Assembly (NCBI GenBank): GCA_016280845.1
Contig: JAEEHO010000185.1
Span: forward strand, 1-50,668
From: Paludibacteraceae bacterium
Lineage (GTDB): Bacteria > Bacteroidota > Bacteroidia > Bacteroidales > Paludibacteraceae
Length of the DNA stretch: 50,668 nucleotides
Reading direction: 5' to 3'
Positions within the stretch are counted from its first letter, which is position 1. Each line of letters starts with the position of its first letter. The notes under the pieces were generated by a model. The model made no database searches. It was given only the letters and a program-made list of their open reading frames with translations, and was not told the origin of the DNA. A program made the translations under genes and the position numbers. This document shows positions 17,658-27,762 of the stretch, piece after piece.

Positions 17658-18779
17658 CTACCACTGCGCAAGAATTAATGCCGGGCTGCCATCAACAGTT
17701 CCAGTATATGCTGTCGTACCTACTTCGGTATTTACAGATAGCGTATGAGCAGTAGCATCATAGTTATATGAAAGTACATCAGCAAATTCTATCTCGCTAC
17801 TATTTGAGACACCATTCCTGTAGTAAGTTATTTGCACGCCTGTAACTTGAAAAGAACTTCTTTTTAGTATGGCTTCTAATGCAGGGTTTTGTGCAAAAAA
17901 TGCTACATGTAGTATTGGATCTGCTCCTTGCTCATGACGAGTAACCACTCCGAGCATTGTGAACGCAGTGCCTGCAGGTGCGAAGGTAGCAGGATTTGAG
18001 AGTGCAGCTAGCTGCGTCTTTAATTTACCAACAGCTTCACGCAATCCCGGAAGGGATGCAGGTTCTGCATCACCGGCGCTATTATAGTAATCTGATAGCA
18101 ACTGAGCAGGATTGCTAGAAAAGTCCTGTGGAGTTGTAAGAATTGGTAGAAACGTTATGGGAGGTCCGGAATGATTAAAGCGGGCCATAAATACAACTTC
18201 AACACGTGCACGTATAACTCCAGCAGAACTGGCAGGCGCTATAAACGTACCAGAAGGGGATGCGCTAGTAAAGCTAGCAATAATAGGAGATCCTGCCGCG
18301 TTCATATTACGTATATCAAACATCAGGTCAGACAGGCTGTTGGTCGGATCTTTAAAAGACGCGTAATAACGCTGCCTACTCTGTAATGAAACTTCAAACA
18401 AAGTTTTTGTAATAGCGGCTGTGTTTGTGCCGTCTCCAAATGCCCAGCATTTGCAGCCGCCGCTATAAGTTACCTTGAGGCCATATGTATCTGCGGTGCT
18501 GGTCCCAAAATGGGCTAGGATTTCAGACGTAGCATGTCCTACAATATATGCTCCTGCCGTACCTATTGGAGGCTCAAGTAATCCTGCACGCACATATGCA
18601 TCATCTGCGAGATCATCAGCAGCGTGTGCTGTAGTAAGTGCATTATCAGCAGTTGTCTGGGTGCTCGTGAGTGCAGCCTTCAGTTCATTTACAGCGCCTG
18701 AAATTGTTTGAGCAGTAGTGCTCAATACTTCAGTACCTATCTTTAAAAGTTGTTTTAAATTAACTCTATGTGCTCCCAT
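17658..18779 (-). CDS. Tail fibre / receptor-binding protein, paralog 1.
   Basis: The N-terminal motif VNLKQLLKIGTEVLSTTAQTISGAVNELKAALT is shared with the neighbouring gene. The C-terminus is divergent. AGGAGG lies upstream. Confidence 0.65.
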   Translation of the reverse strand: MGAHRVNLKQLLKIGTEVLSTTAQTISGAVNELKAALTSTQTTADNALTTAHAADDLADDAYVRAGLLEPPIGTAGAYIVGHATSEILAHFGTSTADTYGLKVTYSGGCKCWAFGDGTNTAAITKTLFEVSLQSRQRYYASFKDPTNSLSDLMFDIRNMNAAGSPIIASFTSASPSGTFIAPASSAGVIRARVEVVFMARFNHSGPPITFLPILTTPQDFSSNPAQLLSDYYNSAGDAEPASLPGLREAVGKLKTQLAALSNPATFAPAGTAFTMLGVVTRHEQGADPILHVAFFAQNPALEAILKRSSFQVTGVQITYYRNGVSNSSEIEFADVLSYNYDATAHTLSVNTEVGTTAYTGTVDGSPALILAQW

Positions 18780-18794
18780 AATACCTCCTAAGCG

Positions 18795-19805
18795 TTAGTG
18801 TCCGATTGTTGCAAACAACACTGCGGGCACAGGAAGGACAACATCTCCTGAGTACACGACAATCATATCGTCAAAAACCATCATGTCGTACTGTCCGGTG
18901 GACACTGTGAACTGTCCTGTAGCTCCAGTCTGTGCAGTATACAAAACAGAACCGATGACTCTAGGATGATGGTTACCCCTTGCACTCATCTGTGCATAAC
19001 CTACAGGAAGTTTTATCAATCCAATATGATTTGTTATCGAAAAACCATAACAAACTATACCCGGCATATTAGTAGCAGCACTGAAGTTGCTTAAGGCATT
19101 TAAAGGAATGAACTCTCTTACTGCAGCGCGTAACGGATCACTGCTTATACTTTCCGCTAAGGCATTACGATTCTGTAGATTCAGTATATCGTTTTGGGTG
19201 ACTTGCGAAGCTACAGCAGTAGGCACCAACATAACTGCGTATGCAGGAGCATGTGCAAAACTCGTACCTGCGTGAGATATACGCACACGCACACGAGCAG
19301 CTGTGTCTAAAACAAAGCTTCCAGTATACTTGGCTCCTGTACCGCTGTTACCCGCAGCGACTGTTCTAATAATAACGCCAGTATCTACATTCAATACTGA
19401 AAAGGAGGCCGGATAATTATCAATGCTCCAAACGATAAGCGTGTAATTTCCTGCTTGGAGCGCTATATCTCCTACATGTATAGCATAAGCACTATTCGGA
19501 AAAGGGGTTCCTGTTAACACTACACGTCCCGCACTATTAACAGTACAATGAACCTGCTTAGTTTGTGAGTTAACGTCTACCTGCCCGCACCAGCCTTCCA
19601 TGAGTGGAATCAAGTTGTATCCTCGCATTTGCGCACTAATTTTTTCAGTAGCAGCAAATGCATTTGCTTCAGCAGCATTTTCGCTAGCTTCTGTTACAGC
19701 GCTCTTCAGCTCATTTACAGCACCTGAGAGCGTATGTGCAGTAGTATTGAGAACTTCTGAACCTATCTTCAATAGGTCTTTTAGGCGTACTGCAAAATTA
19801 GCCAT
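18795..19805 (-). CDS. Tail fibre / receptor-binding protein, paralog 2 (start revised from 19862).
   Basis: The ATG at 19805 is preceded by GAGGAGGAAAACA and overlaps the upstream stop (ATGGCTAA). The N-terminus is MANFAVRLKDLLKIGSEVLNTTAHTLSGAVNELKSAVT. Confidence 0.65.
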   Translation of the reverse strand: MANFAVRLKDLLKIGSEVLNTTAHTLSGAVNELKSAVTEASENAAEANAFAATEKISAQMRGYNLIPLMEGWCGQVDVNSQTKQVHCTVNSAGRVVLTGTPFPNSAYAIHVGDIALQAGNYTLIVWSIDNYPASFSVLNVDTGVIIRTVAAGNSGTGAKYTGSFVLDTAARVRVRISHAGTSFAHAPAYAVMLVPTAVASQVTQNDILNLQNRNALAESISSDPLRAAVREFIPLNALSNFSAATNMPGIVCYGFSITNHIGLIKLPVGYAQMSARGNHHPRVIGSVLYTAQTGATGQFTVSTGQYDMMVFDDMIVVYSGDVVLPVPAVLFATIGH

Positions 19806-20922
19806 TGTTTTCCTCCTCTTCCCAATGTAACCACAGGTCATCGGTTTCTGTACCAGCGGCATTCTTGTTATCTACGTAGCAAGTGCTTAACTTAGCGTTT
19901 GTCTGTACAGCTTTTGTCCAAGCATTATTCGCTGTCAGTGAAACGTTACCTAAGAGTTTGTTAAGCGCTCTAATCTTATTGTTGATAGTCATTATACAAG
20001 CTGCTATAGCATTGCCGATAGTTGTAAACTCTGCAGCATCCCACGCAGCAATGTAGGTAAGAACATCTGCGAGAGCAGATGCACTATAATCAATAGAGCT
20101 GGTATCTACCGTCAAAATGCAGTACTTGTTGTGCGCAAGTGCTTCATCGATTACAGCACGTACAGCTACGGTATCAATGGTATGGGTGGCATCTATGCGC
20201 AATACCGGAAGCGTAGCAGTGTAGTCTTCTTCATAAAACGCCTCTGAATCAACTGCTTCTGTTGATGTTTGAATATTTACTGCATACTTATAAGAGGCAG
20301 CGGCGGCATTAATAACGTCTTCATTCTGAATGCCTCCGGGGTATACAAATACACCGGGTGCGTTAAAATTCTCAGCCATGTAGTCCTCAGCTCGGTCCAT
20401 GATGTCATAGGCAGCATCATAACTCAAGGACTCCAAAGACGAACCATCATTACCAACGGTGTTCATACCGTGCCCTGCAATTTTAAGAGCCTGTAATTGT
20501 GCAAGCGTAGGATATGCCGCAGATGCTCCAACAAGAGCAGTGGCTACACAGAAGTCGCCAGCAATCTCGTGGGCATCTAAGAAATCCTTAAAGCTCAATG
20601 CACTGGCCTGATAGTCCAAGTTGAGCACTGAGAAGAGTGGATTGTTAAGTGCTGCACTTGTCTTGTTGACAACTGAAGCAGCAAGGGCTGCAATTTCAGC
20701 ACGAACAGCTTCTGTAAGAGCTTCCTGCAACTGCTCGACACTGATGTCTGCAATGGCATCGGGAATACCCTCCGTCTGTAAGTACTGTAACCAACGTGCG
20801 TTATTATCTCCCTGTGCGATTAAGAGATTCAACAGAGCGTTGAACTCCACTGCAGAGAGGATTTCACGCGACTTATAGTTTAAGGTTTTATTAATATATA
20901 TCGGTGTAAACTGTTCAGCCAT
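19798..20922 (-). CDS. Tail fibre/spike-associated protein. The central domain may be a polysaccharide-deacetylase-like esterase.
   Basis: It lies between the large tail protein and the fibres. The sequence AGHGMNTVGNDGSSLESLSYD...PGVFVYPGG weakly resembles NodB-type motifs. Confidence 0.4.
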   Translation of the reverse strand: MAEQFTPIYINKTLNYKSREILSAVEFNALLNLLIAQGDNNARWLQYLQTEGIPDAIADISVEQLQEALTEAVRAEIAALAASVVNKTSAALNNPLFSVLNLDYQASALSFKDFLDAHEIAGDFCVATALVGASAAYPTLAQLQALKIAGHGMNTVGNDGSSLESLSYDAAYDIMDRAEDYMAENFNAPGVFVYPGGIQNEDVINAAAASYKYAVNIQTSTEAVDSEAFYEEDYTATLPVLRIDATHTIDTVAVRAVIDEALAHNKYCILTVDTSSIDYSASALADVLTYIAAWDAAEFTTIGNAIAACIMTINNKIRALNKLLGNVSLTANNAWTKAVQTNAKLSTCYVDNKNAAGTETDDLWLHWEEEENNG

Positions 20923-20974
20923 TGAGATTTCCTCCTAAATCTAGTATAGGACAAACTATATATAGTAGTCAATG

Positions 20975-23521
20975 CTAACGTGCAAACATAACACGGTAAA
21001 CCCAGTTGATGTACAGGAGCTCAAATGGAAGCTCGTTCTTGCTGAGCAGCTGTACTGCGCCACCATATCCCTTGCCTGCGACTTTAAAGCGAACCTTATG
21101 TACAGTGATGTCGGGGAAGGCGGCAGTGTCAAGCTCCCACGTATCGAACTCTGTGAGCGCAGGAGTCTGCAATTCTTCATCGAGCACGCGGTCAACATAC
21201 GCATCACCGTAGTTAGGATCGTTAGGGTCCGTTATGTGCGTAACCACGTATCTGTACATTGATGTGGTGTCTACGTCATCAACTGTAAAGGTTGTATGGA
21301 AATACAGGTGCTGACTGTTCAAGACGTTGACACTGAACTGTATCTCTCTAAAACGCTTTTTAAGGCTCTCACTGAAGTCTCTGTAACCTGTATCTATGAA
21401 CTGCCAGTTACCTAACTCACGATGAACGTCTAAAGGAAAATCATCGTTAGGCGCAGTGCTATCAGCCTGTACTACACATGTGCGCAGTACGCCTGCCAAC
21501 GCATAAAGGTGTGCGAATACAACCTCTCCAGTTGCAGAAGGAGTGTATACACACATACGATAGGGACCTGCCTGATAGAGGTAAATTGTCCACGCTCTAA
21601 GTACCGTATCATAGTTGAGGCAAGTATCAACAATCCACTGATGTGTTACACCATGTGTGTCATGTACAGCGCACTGTAACTTATACACGTTACGTACCTG
21701 CGTATTAGCTACGTAAGTACAGTAGTCCAACAACGTGAGCTGAATAGGATTGTGATAAGAGTCAGCGGTAAAATTGTACACACTGTTCAAAACTTCCGCA
21801 AGCACCTTAGGAAGACTGTTGAACATCTGCTCCACTGCACGAGATACAGGTGCAAGCTGTGTAGTCTGTGCGCCATTTTGATTGTTTGGAACTATCATAT
21901 AATAGAAGTTTCCGGACTTAAAGTACACCATGTTCTGTACCACGAGCACTGTGTTTGCATCTGCGGGCTCCATGTTGAGTCTGGACTGGATACACTCTGA
22001 GGTGTACGAGAGGCCATCGTCATTGTATGTGAGCTTATACAACGCATCCTTAGTGAACACTAAGAGACTGGACAAGTAAGGCACTGCGCAGATGATATCG
22101 GATGTGAATATTTCGCAGTTATTAGGATAGGGCATATACCCGGGGTCGTTGACTTCAGACACAAACAGTGTGGTTTTAGCTCCTGTAACACCCCACACAA
22201 CTAAGCGCTGCTGCCATGTGCACATACCTGTAGCAGTAGCGACATTGTATGCAACTGCATCCAAGTTAAGCACTGTGCTGTTTGCATTGCTCGTGAGGTA
22301 GTAAGATGCGAGAGTAGTTACCTGATTAGGAGTAAGGTACTCATCCTTGGTGATGAGGGCCTGTAAGGTAGGGTCGCTCTCCCACTCTGCGTCTTGACTA
22401 GCCATCTCTGACTTCTTGTACAAGCGTACAATAATTGAGAAGGCTGTGTAAGAAGGCGTATATGCAAATGAAATATCACTGCCGGGAGTATACTCTGTTG
22501 AGCCACGAACCTTCTTAATTACTTCCGGATCTGCGCTATTGTTCAAATCCTGAACTTCCCACTGCACTAGATACTTATCCTCATTATCCACATCTGCCTG
22601 TGGATATCTGTAGTACAGTTTGAAGATGATAGGCGTACCGGGACGTGCTGTAAGGAGCAGTGTGCCATCTTCAGCGTACGGAATAACACCTGTAAGCTGA
22701 ATAGCGCCTGTACCGGAAACAGTGTTTACAAAGGAGTAAGGATTGTCCTTCCACATATTGTAGCCATAGTTCATGGCCTGTGTAGGCTGTATCTCTGTAG
22801 GAGATACCTCTTCAACCCACCAAGAGATGCCCCAGTCCTGTGATAGATGTCCGGGAGCAGCAGTAGATTTAAACTGCGCTACAAGCCTGCCAAGGATATT
22901 CTTCGTAGCTGTGTGTACGAATACATATGTGTTGCCTTCCAAGCTGGTAAAAATGCCATCACGTGCAACGTTGTCACTGAGGGAGCCGTCAGCTGTGCGG
23001 AAGCCTTGCAGCTCTGTGAACCACGGCTTAGTTGTGAGTGCTCCTGCAATAGGAGTAGGGCACTCATTGTATGCGTCGTATCCGGAAATACCAAGCTCAG
23101 GCTGTTCAGCACCAAGCTTAAATGCATTCTCGACTACAAGATAAGAGTTTGCTAAGTCAAAACTGCGCACTCCATTAACCTCAGTGGAAGCTCCGACAAT
23201 GTAGTACTTGCAGAGCTTGACATCTTCAGAGGTTTCTGAGGGTGCCTGTATAAACATTGCGGAAGCGTGGTGGATACAGTAGTCATGCAGCGGAAAAACT
23301 GCAGAAACTTCCAAGGAGTCACCTAACATATGTAGGCCACCCCTCGGAACAAGACATTCACCATCATTTTTAATGTCGAAATTAACAATAGATTTAGCAT
23401 AGCCTGCGGCGTGTGGTGCATCTGTGAACCGCATACCGGAAGAAAAATTGTCGACGTTAGTAACATAACGCGTGCGGTGTGCATTCCTAGCAGTGTTCTT
23501 AAAAAGCACTGTTCCTGCCAT
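20975..23521 (-). CDS. Large tail structural protein (848 aa), a candidate nozzle/tail-tube-B-like or baseplate hub.
   Basis: The call rests on size and position, downstream of the connector and fibre genes and upstream of the receptor-binding proteins. GAGGAGG lies upstream. No motif was recognised. Confidence 0.4.
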   Translation of the reverse strand: MAGTVLFKNTARNAHRTRYVTNVDNFSSGMRFTDAPHAAGYAKSIVNFDIKNDGECLVPRGGLHMLGDSLEVSAVFPLHDYCIHHASAMFIQAPSETSEDVKLCKYYIVGASTEVNGVRSFDLANSYLVVENAFKLGAEQPELGISGYDAYNECPTPIAGALTTKPWFTELQGFRTADGSLSDNVARDGIFTSLEGNTYVFVHTATKNILGRLVAQFKSTAAPGHLSQDWGISWWVEEVSPTEIQPTQAMNYGYNMWKDNPYSFVNTVSGTGAIQLTGVIPYAEDGTLLLTARPGTPIIFKLYYRYPQADVDNEDKYLVQWEVQDLNNSADPEVIKKVRGSTEYTPGSDISFAYTPSYTAFSIIVRLYKKSEMASQDAEWESDPTLQALITKDEYLTPNQVTTLASYYLTSNANSTVLNLDAVAYNVATATGMCTWQQRLVVWGVTGAKTTLFVSEVNDPGYMPYPNNCEIFTSDIICAVPYLSSLLVFTKDALYKLTYNDDGLSYTSECIQSRLNMEPADANTVLVVQNMVYFKSGNFYYMIVPNNQNGAQTTQLAPVSRAVEQMFNSLPKVLAEVLNSVYNFTADSYHNPIQLTLLDYCTYVANTQVRNVYKLQCAVHDTHGVTHQWIVDTCLNYDTVLRAWTIYLYQAGPYRMCVYTPSATGEVVFAHLYALAGVLRTCVVQADSTAPNDDFPLDVHRELGNWQFIDTGYRDFSESLKKRFREIQFSVNVLNSQHLYFHTTFTVDDVDTTSMYRYVVTHITDPNDPNYGDAYVDRVLDEELQTPALTEFDTWELDTAAFPDITVHKVRFKVAGKGYGGAVQLLSKNELPFELLYINWVYRVMFAR

Positions 23522-23523
23522 GG

Positions 23524-24660
23524 TTAATCCTCCTCATCTTCCCAGTTAATGCCAATGTTTCCACTCAAATCCGCATCAAAGAACACACCTGCAAGAGCAA
23601 TACTTGCAGCAGCTGCGGCTGCGGCTGACTGAGCGGCAGCTTCAGCGGAAGCAGAAGCGCTCTGAGCTGAACCTGCAGCATTCTGTGCGGCTGTTAATGC
23701 AGAGGATTCTGACTGACCTGCAGCTGTAGCGCTGTCTGCGGCATCTGAAGCGCTATCGGCTGCATCCGAAGCGCTGGCTGCTGCGTCTGAGGCACTGGAA
23801 GCAGCGGCTGTAGCGCTGTTGCCTGCCTGTGTCGCAGCGGATTCTGCCTGCGTCTTTGCCTGAGTCGCAGCTGTAGCAGCCTGAGTTGCGGTCCGTACTG
23901 CGGAATCAAGGTTTGTTGCCGATGTCTGTGCGGCCTGCGCACTACCAGCAGCTGCAGAAGCAGCGGCTTCGGCATCGGACTTGTTGTTTAGAGTCTGTGT
24001 AACCGCTGCATCAACAGTATCAACTACGCCTTCAACGGTTTCTTGGGCGGCTTCAGCAGCTTCCTGCGCAGCTTCTGCTGCAATAAGGGCCTGCTCTGCA
24101 CGCTCTGCGTAACCTTCGATGGTTCCTGCGGCGGCAATAGCAGCTTGTGTAGCAGCTTCGGCAGCTTCTGTAGCTTCTGCAGCCTGTTCCACAGCTTCCG
24201 AGACTCTATCAGCTGAATTGAATGCGCGGGTTGCTGATTGCTCTGCGGCAGCAGCACTGTCTGCAGCGGCATTTCTGTAGGATAATGCCTGCTCTGCACG
24301 AGTATCTGCAAGCTCTGAGGCATTATTAACTTGATCTGATACAGTCTGCAACTGCACAATAGCACTTTCAACTGCGGTTTGTGTGCGCTGTAGTTCAATA
24401 GATGTCTCTCTCAAACCACCTGCTTTACTCTCAAAGTATGTCTGATAAGCAGTTGTGAGTGCATCCATGGCTTCTGCAAGTGCCAGTGCAATACCGTTAC
24501 TGTTAACAGCCTTGTCACTGCCTACGGTAGGCTCGCTGTCATATTTAAGAGCGTCCTGTTTACCATTCCAGTACGCTTTTTCCTCATCTGTAACCCCATA
24601 CTTCTGTATAAAAGGGTCAGGATTAATAGGCTTATGTGTAGGGCCGTCCCATCTTCCCAT
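23524..24660 (-). CDS. Ala-rich coiled-coil fibre protein (head or tail fibre).
   Basis: The protein is 378 aa. It has long A/Q/S/E/T helical low-complexity sequence with tandem SASDAADSASDAADSA units, a globular N-terminus and an acidic C-terminus (INWEDEED). Confidence 0.5.
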   Translation of the reverse strand: MGRWDGPTHKPINPDPFIQKYGVTDEEKAYWNGKQDALKYDSEPTVGSDKAVNSNGIALALAEAMDALTTAYQTYFESKAGGLRETSIELQRTQTAVESAIVQLQTVSDQVNNASELADTRAEQALSYRNAAADSAAAAEQSATRAFNSADRVSEAVEQAAEATEAAEAATQAAIAAAGTIEGYAERAEQALIAAEAAQEAAEAAQETVEGVVDTVDAAVTQTLNNKSDAEAAASAAAGSAQAAQTSATNLDSAVRTATQAATAATQAKTQAESAATQAGNSATAAASSASDAAASASDAADSASDAADSATAAGQSESSALTAAQNAAGSAQSASASAEAAAQSAAAAAAASIALAGVFFDADLSGNIGINWEDEED

Positions 24661-24669
24661 AGCATCCTC

Positions 24670-25101
24670 CTAATTTATGTCACACACTAAGCCACGGAAG
24701 CCTAGCGTATCATTGTCTTCTGCACCAATAATGCTTCCTGCTTCAGGATCAGACTGATACTCCGCAGGAATCTTATACAGCATATCGCGCATCATTAAGA
24801 ACTTGCCTTCTTCAAAGTCCTTCTGATACTGAGGTGCTGTAGATAAACCCTCTTCATCCATAACGTAGAACTTCCAAGCAGCACCGGGTATAACCACCTG
24901 CCTGATGTATTTATCAGGAAAGAAGTCATACTTCGCATCTGCAGCGGTAACATCTATGTCTGAGAAGCTAGGGTAAATTGTATTTAATTTTGCATTAATA
25001 CTGTCAATAGCTGCATCTAAGTAAGGGAGCATTTCTCTTATAGACAAACTCTCACCTGCTAAGGTGGTATTGAACAGCTGCTGTACTTTTGTTATAAGCA
25101 T
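24670..25101 (-). CDS. Putative head-tail connector/adaptor protein.
   Basis: The protein is 143 aa and lies directly after the capsid block. Its pattern (LPYLDAAIDSI...PDKYIRQVVIPGAAWKFY) resembles gp6-like connectors. Confidence 0.4.
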   Translation of the reverse strand: MLITKVQQLFNTTLAGESLSIREMLPYLDAAIDSINAKLNTIYPSFSDIDVTAADAKYDFFPDKYIRQVVIPGAAWKFYVMDEEGLSTAPQYQKDFEEGKFLMMRDMLYKIPAEYQSDPEAGSIIGAEDNDTLGFRGLVCDIN

Positions 25102-25110
25102 AGTCCCTCC

Positions 25111-25148
25111 AAATAAAATAGGGGACTAGACGTTAATCCAGTCCCCTA
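25111..25148 (-). terminator. Intrinsic terminator/attenuator after the capsid block.
   Basis: On the minus strand the sequence is TAGGGGACT-12 nt loop-AGTCCCCTA followed by TTTTATTT. Confidence 0.6.
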
Positions 25149-25158
25149 AGTGTTGGAA

Positions 25159-25560
25159 TTACACACGGTGGATAAGGCTTTTCTCTCCAGCGTATGACTC
25201 ATGATTTGCTGCGACATTAGCCATGTTGCTGCGCATGTTTCGCTGCTCATCGATGCGAGAAATACGTTCTCTGAAAACTGCTGCAAAAGATTCGGGAATT
25301 TCATACTGCTGTCCATCAAGAGGTACGTGTATTGCAATACCGTTAAGGATGATTGCCATCACGTTGCCGAAGTAAGGACGATACATGGGAGAGCCCTGTA
25401 CGGTCACTTTCTTTTCGGCCTTGTAATAGTCTGCACACGCGAGACGCTTATTCTTAAGTGTCTCTACCTTCTGAGTCAGCTCATGTACGAGCTCCTTCTG
25501 CATACCCTCTTCTACAGCGGCAGCCAGTGACTGTGTTTTTCGACTAGAATTAGCCATCAT
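25159..25560 (-). CDS. Hypothetical capsid-module protein (133 aa).
   Basis: AAAGGAG lies upstream. The gene follows the major capsid gene. No motif was recognised. Confidence 0.5.
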   Translation of the reverse strand: MMANSSRKTQSLAAAVEEGMQKELVHELTQKVETLKNKRLACADYYKAEKKVTVQGSPMYRPYFGNVMAIILNGIAIHVPLDGQQYEIPESFAAVFRERISRIDEQRNMRSNMANVAANHESYAGEKSLIHRV

Positions 25561-25595
25561 TTATCTCCTTTGCGTGGGCGCACCCACGCAGCTCA

Positions 25596-26831
25596 TTACA
25601 CATTGAGCTGGGTAGGTACGTTGATGTAGTCAACAACAGCCTCAGTTCTAACTGAACCGAAACCTACGCTGTTGATCTTAAATCCGATGGACTGTCTCTG
25701 ATCGATAGGGTCAAGCACACCTGTAGAGCCGAGAGGCTTTACATACATCTTGGCATTACCTTCACCTGCAAGACCTGTTCTTGCAAGAGCGTCTTTACCA
25801 AGGATGACAGTATGCTGTACCTTAAGGATTGAGAATCCATTAGCTACAGTAGCCTCAGCACCTGCATCATAGTCAGTATGTGCAGGGATGTAGGAAGCGG
25901 GCTTACCTGTACGAGAGTCGTTCTCATAACCTGCTGCGATAGCTGCAGCAGCCGCTGTAACCTCTACCTCCTTGAACTCGATGTAGGTCGTACCATCATT
26001 AGCGAGGGTGTAACCTGCATCTGCAGAAGCATCGGGAGCCACCTCCTTGTACTGAATGAAGTAGTACTTACCGTCTGCCTTCATATAAGTGCAAGTTGTA
26101 GGGCAGTTCATAACTTCATAGAAGTCAAAACCGAACAAAGGAATAAGTACGCCATTGTCGTACATGCTCTTTGTGGTCTGATTGATCTTCATGTAGTTCT
26201 GTACATACTCATCATCGAGCATGTCGTAGGTGAACTCAGGAGATACAAGCACATGGAACTTACCGTTTGAACGAGGCTTAACGAGCTGCTTCTTAAGAGA
26301 CAGTCCGATGAGTCTGAGGTCAGCGATTGTAGGCTTAGACCAAGGCCTAAGTGAACCCTGATTGGGAACAGCGCCTGCAAAGAACTTCTGTGCAACAGTA
26401 AGAAGTGTGTGCTGTGCGAGTAAGTCAAGGGTTTCGATTGCAACGATGGAGTACTCCTTGGAGTAGTGAGCCACTACAGGGTCAACTACCTTGAAGTCTA
26501 CCTTGTCGGTGAACTCCATGTAACGACCGTACTGGTCAGCTTCCATCTCGTACTTCTCTACTGAACCCTTATCTGATACAGGGGGAACGCCCTCTGTAAG
26601 AGGTACTGTATGTGCACGGAGAGGTGCCCATCTACGTACCATGAGTTTATCCGCCTTCTCCTGAATAGGCATCTCATCAGCATATCTGTAATATGAATAC
26701 TGATTTGCATCTAAGCGGATAGTGTCAAGCAACTGCTTGCTGTAGAACACTTCGGGGTTAATCATACCCGGTCCGTGCTCATTGACCCAGTTAACGACTG
26801 AGTTAATATCTGCTGTCGAATTCAGATACAT
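25596..26831 (-). CDS. Major capsid protein (HK97-fold-like).
   Basis: The protein is 411 aa and lies after the scaffold gene. GAGGAGG lies upstream. The segment RRWAPLRAHTVPLTEGVPPVSDKGS...YGRYMEFTDKVDF resembles podoviral (N4 gp56-type) capsid proteins from memory. This is not verified. Confidence 0.7.
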   Translation of the reverse strand: MYLNSTADINSVVNWVNEHGPGMINPEVFYSKQLLDTIRLDANQYSYYRYADEMPIQEKADKLMVRRWAPLRAHTVPLTEGVPPVSDKGSVEKYEMEADQYGRYMEFTDKVDFKVVDPVVAHYSKEYSIVAIETLDLLAQHTLLTVAQKFFAGAVPNQGSLRPWSKPTIADLRLIGLSLKKQLVKPRSNGKFHVLVSPEFTYDMLDDEYVQNYMKINQTTKSMYDNGVLIPLFGFDFYEVMNCPTTCTYMKADGKYYFIQYKEVAPDASADAGYTLANDGTTYIEFKEVEVTAAAAAIAAGYENDSRTGKPASYIPAHTDYDAGAEATVANGFSILKVQHTVILGKDALARTGLAGEGNAKMYVKPLGSTGVLDPIDQRQSIGFKINSVGFGSVRTEAVVDYINVPTQLNV

Positions 26832-26866
26832 TTCAATTCCTCCTCAAAGTTTTGTGTTGTTGATAT

Positions 26867-27685
26867 TTATTTAGGCATACCGGCAAGTAATGTGTCTAAG
26901 GCTGCAACAGTATCAATCTTGTCGCCGCTGCCACCATTACTTCCCTGCTGCTGTCCGGGTTGTGTACTGGACTCGTTTGCCGCACTGTCCTTCTTCAACG
27001 CTGCTTCAACTGCTTTCTGCACCTCAGCCTTAAGTATATCGTCGTAGTGTAACATCTTGTACTCTGCAACAACATCAATGGCCTGTGTGAAGGGGTTCTT
27101 ACCCTGCTTCTCAAGCTCTACAGCAAAATCCTTAAGCTGGTCTGTAGTCAGTCCATAAGTGTCCATGATCTTCTGGAATCCTACAGCTGCAGCATCCTGA
27201 AGACGCTGGCGCTTCAATTCATTGCTGTCTGCCTCAAGTGCTTCAAGCTTCTGTAGTAATTCTACAGGAACGTGATCCTTCTCTGCCATCTTTTGAATAG
27301 CAGCATCGGTCAGCTTGGTTTTCAAGTCCTTGGCATCGGTAAATTCAATTCCGTTTGCCTTGGCTACTTTTTCAAGTAGGCTCTCAAGTGATTTGATTTC
27401 GGTTCGCATCTGTCCGAATGCGAAGTTGCGCTGATCTTCTTTAGAAGGTTTATTCTCGGAACCGTTTCCGTCGCCTTCTGCAGGAGGGTCTGCGGGCTCC
27501 TGCTTGTTCTCAGCAGGAGGATTGTTTGCGTCTGTGTTACCTGTGTTTTCGCCGGAACCGCCATTGCCCATCTGGTCAAGTAGCGCGTCGAGCCCTGCTG
27601 CATCAAGTGTGCCGCCTGCTCCTTCGGCTGCGCCTCCCTCATCCGACGCGGAATAAGGTGTGACGAATAAACTGATATCTCTCAT
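26867..27685 (-). CDS. Scaffolding protein (start revised from 27847).
   Basis: The ATG at 27685 is preceded by AAAGGA. The protein is acidic and Gly/Asn-rich at the N-terminus, followed by a helical K/E/L-rich body. It lies between portal and capsid. The upstream extension contains a promoter-like sequence and reads as non-protein-like. Confidence 0.6.
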   Translation of the reverse strand: MRDISLFVTPYSASDEGGAAEGAGGTLDAAGLDALLDQMGNGGSGENTGNTDANNPPAENKQEPADPPAEGDGNGSENKPSKEDQRNFAFGQMRTEIKSLESLLEKVAKANGIEFTDAKDLKTKLTDAAIQKMAEKDHVPVELLQKLEALEADSNELKRQRLQDAAAVGFQKIMDTYGLTTDQLKDFAVELEKQGKNPFTQAIDVVAEYKMLHYDDILKAEVQKAVEAALKKDSAANESSTQPGQQQGSNGGSGDKIDTVAALDTLLAGMPK

Positions 27686-27762
27686 CAAACCGTGTCCTTT
27701 CTTAGTGGTGCGGCTGTCACCAACAAACACATCCTTCGAGGGGGATGGTTCCCTACATCTAT

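Noticed and set aside
23694-24398. Alternative-frame minus-strand ORFs 23694-23975 and 24024-24398.
   Set aside because: They lie inside the Ala-rich fibre gene. GCN-rich repeats keep the other frames open. Their translations are Gln/Leu/Pro/Arg low-complexity sequence.
25570-25590. The hairpin TGCGTGGG-tgcg-CCCACGCA between the capsid gene and the next gene, considered as a terminator.
   Set aside because: No U-tract follows it, and it abuts the next RBS. It is more likely an mRNA stability or processing element, so I have not called it a terminator.
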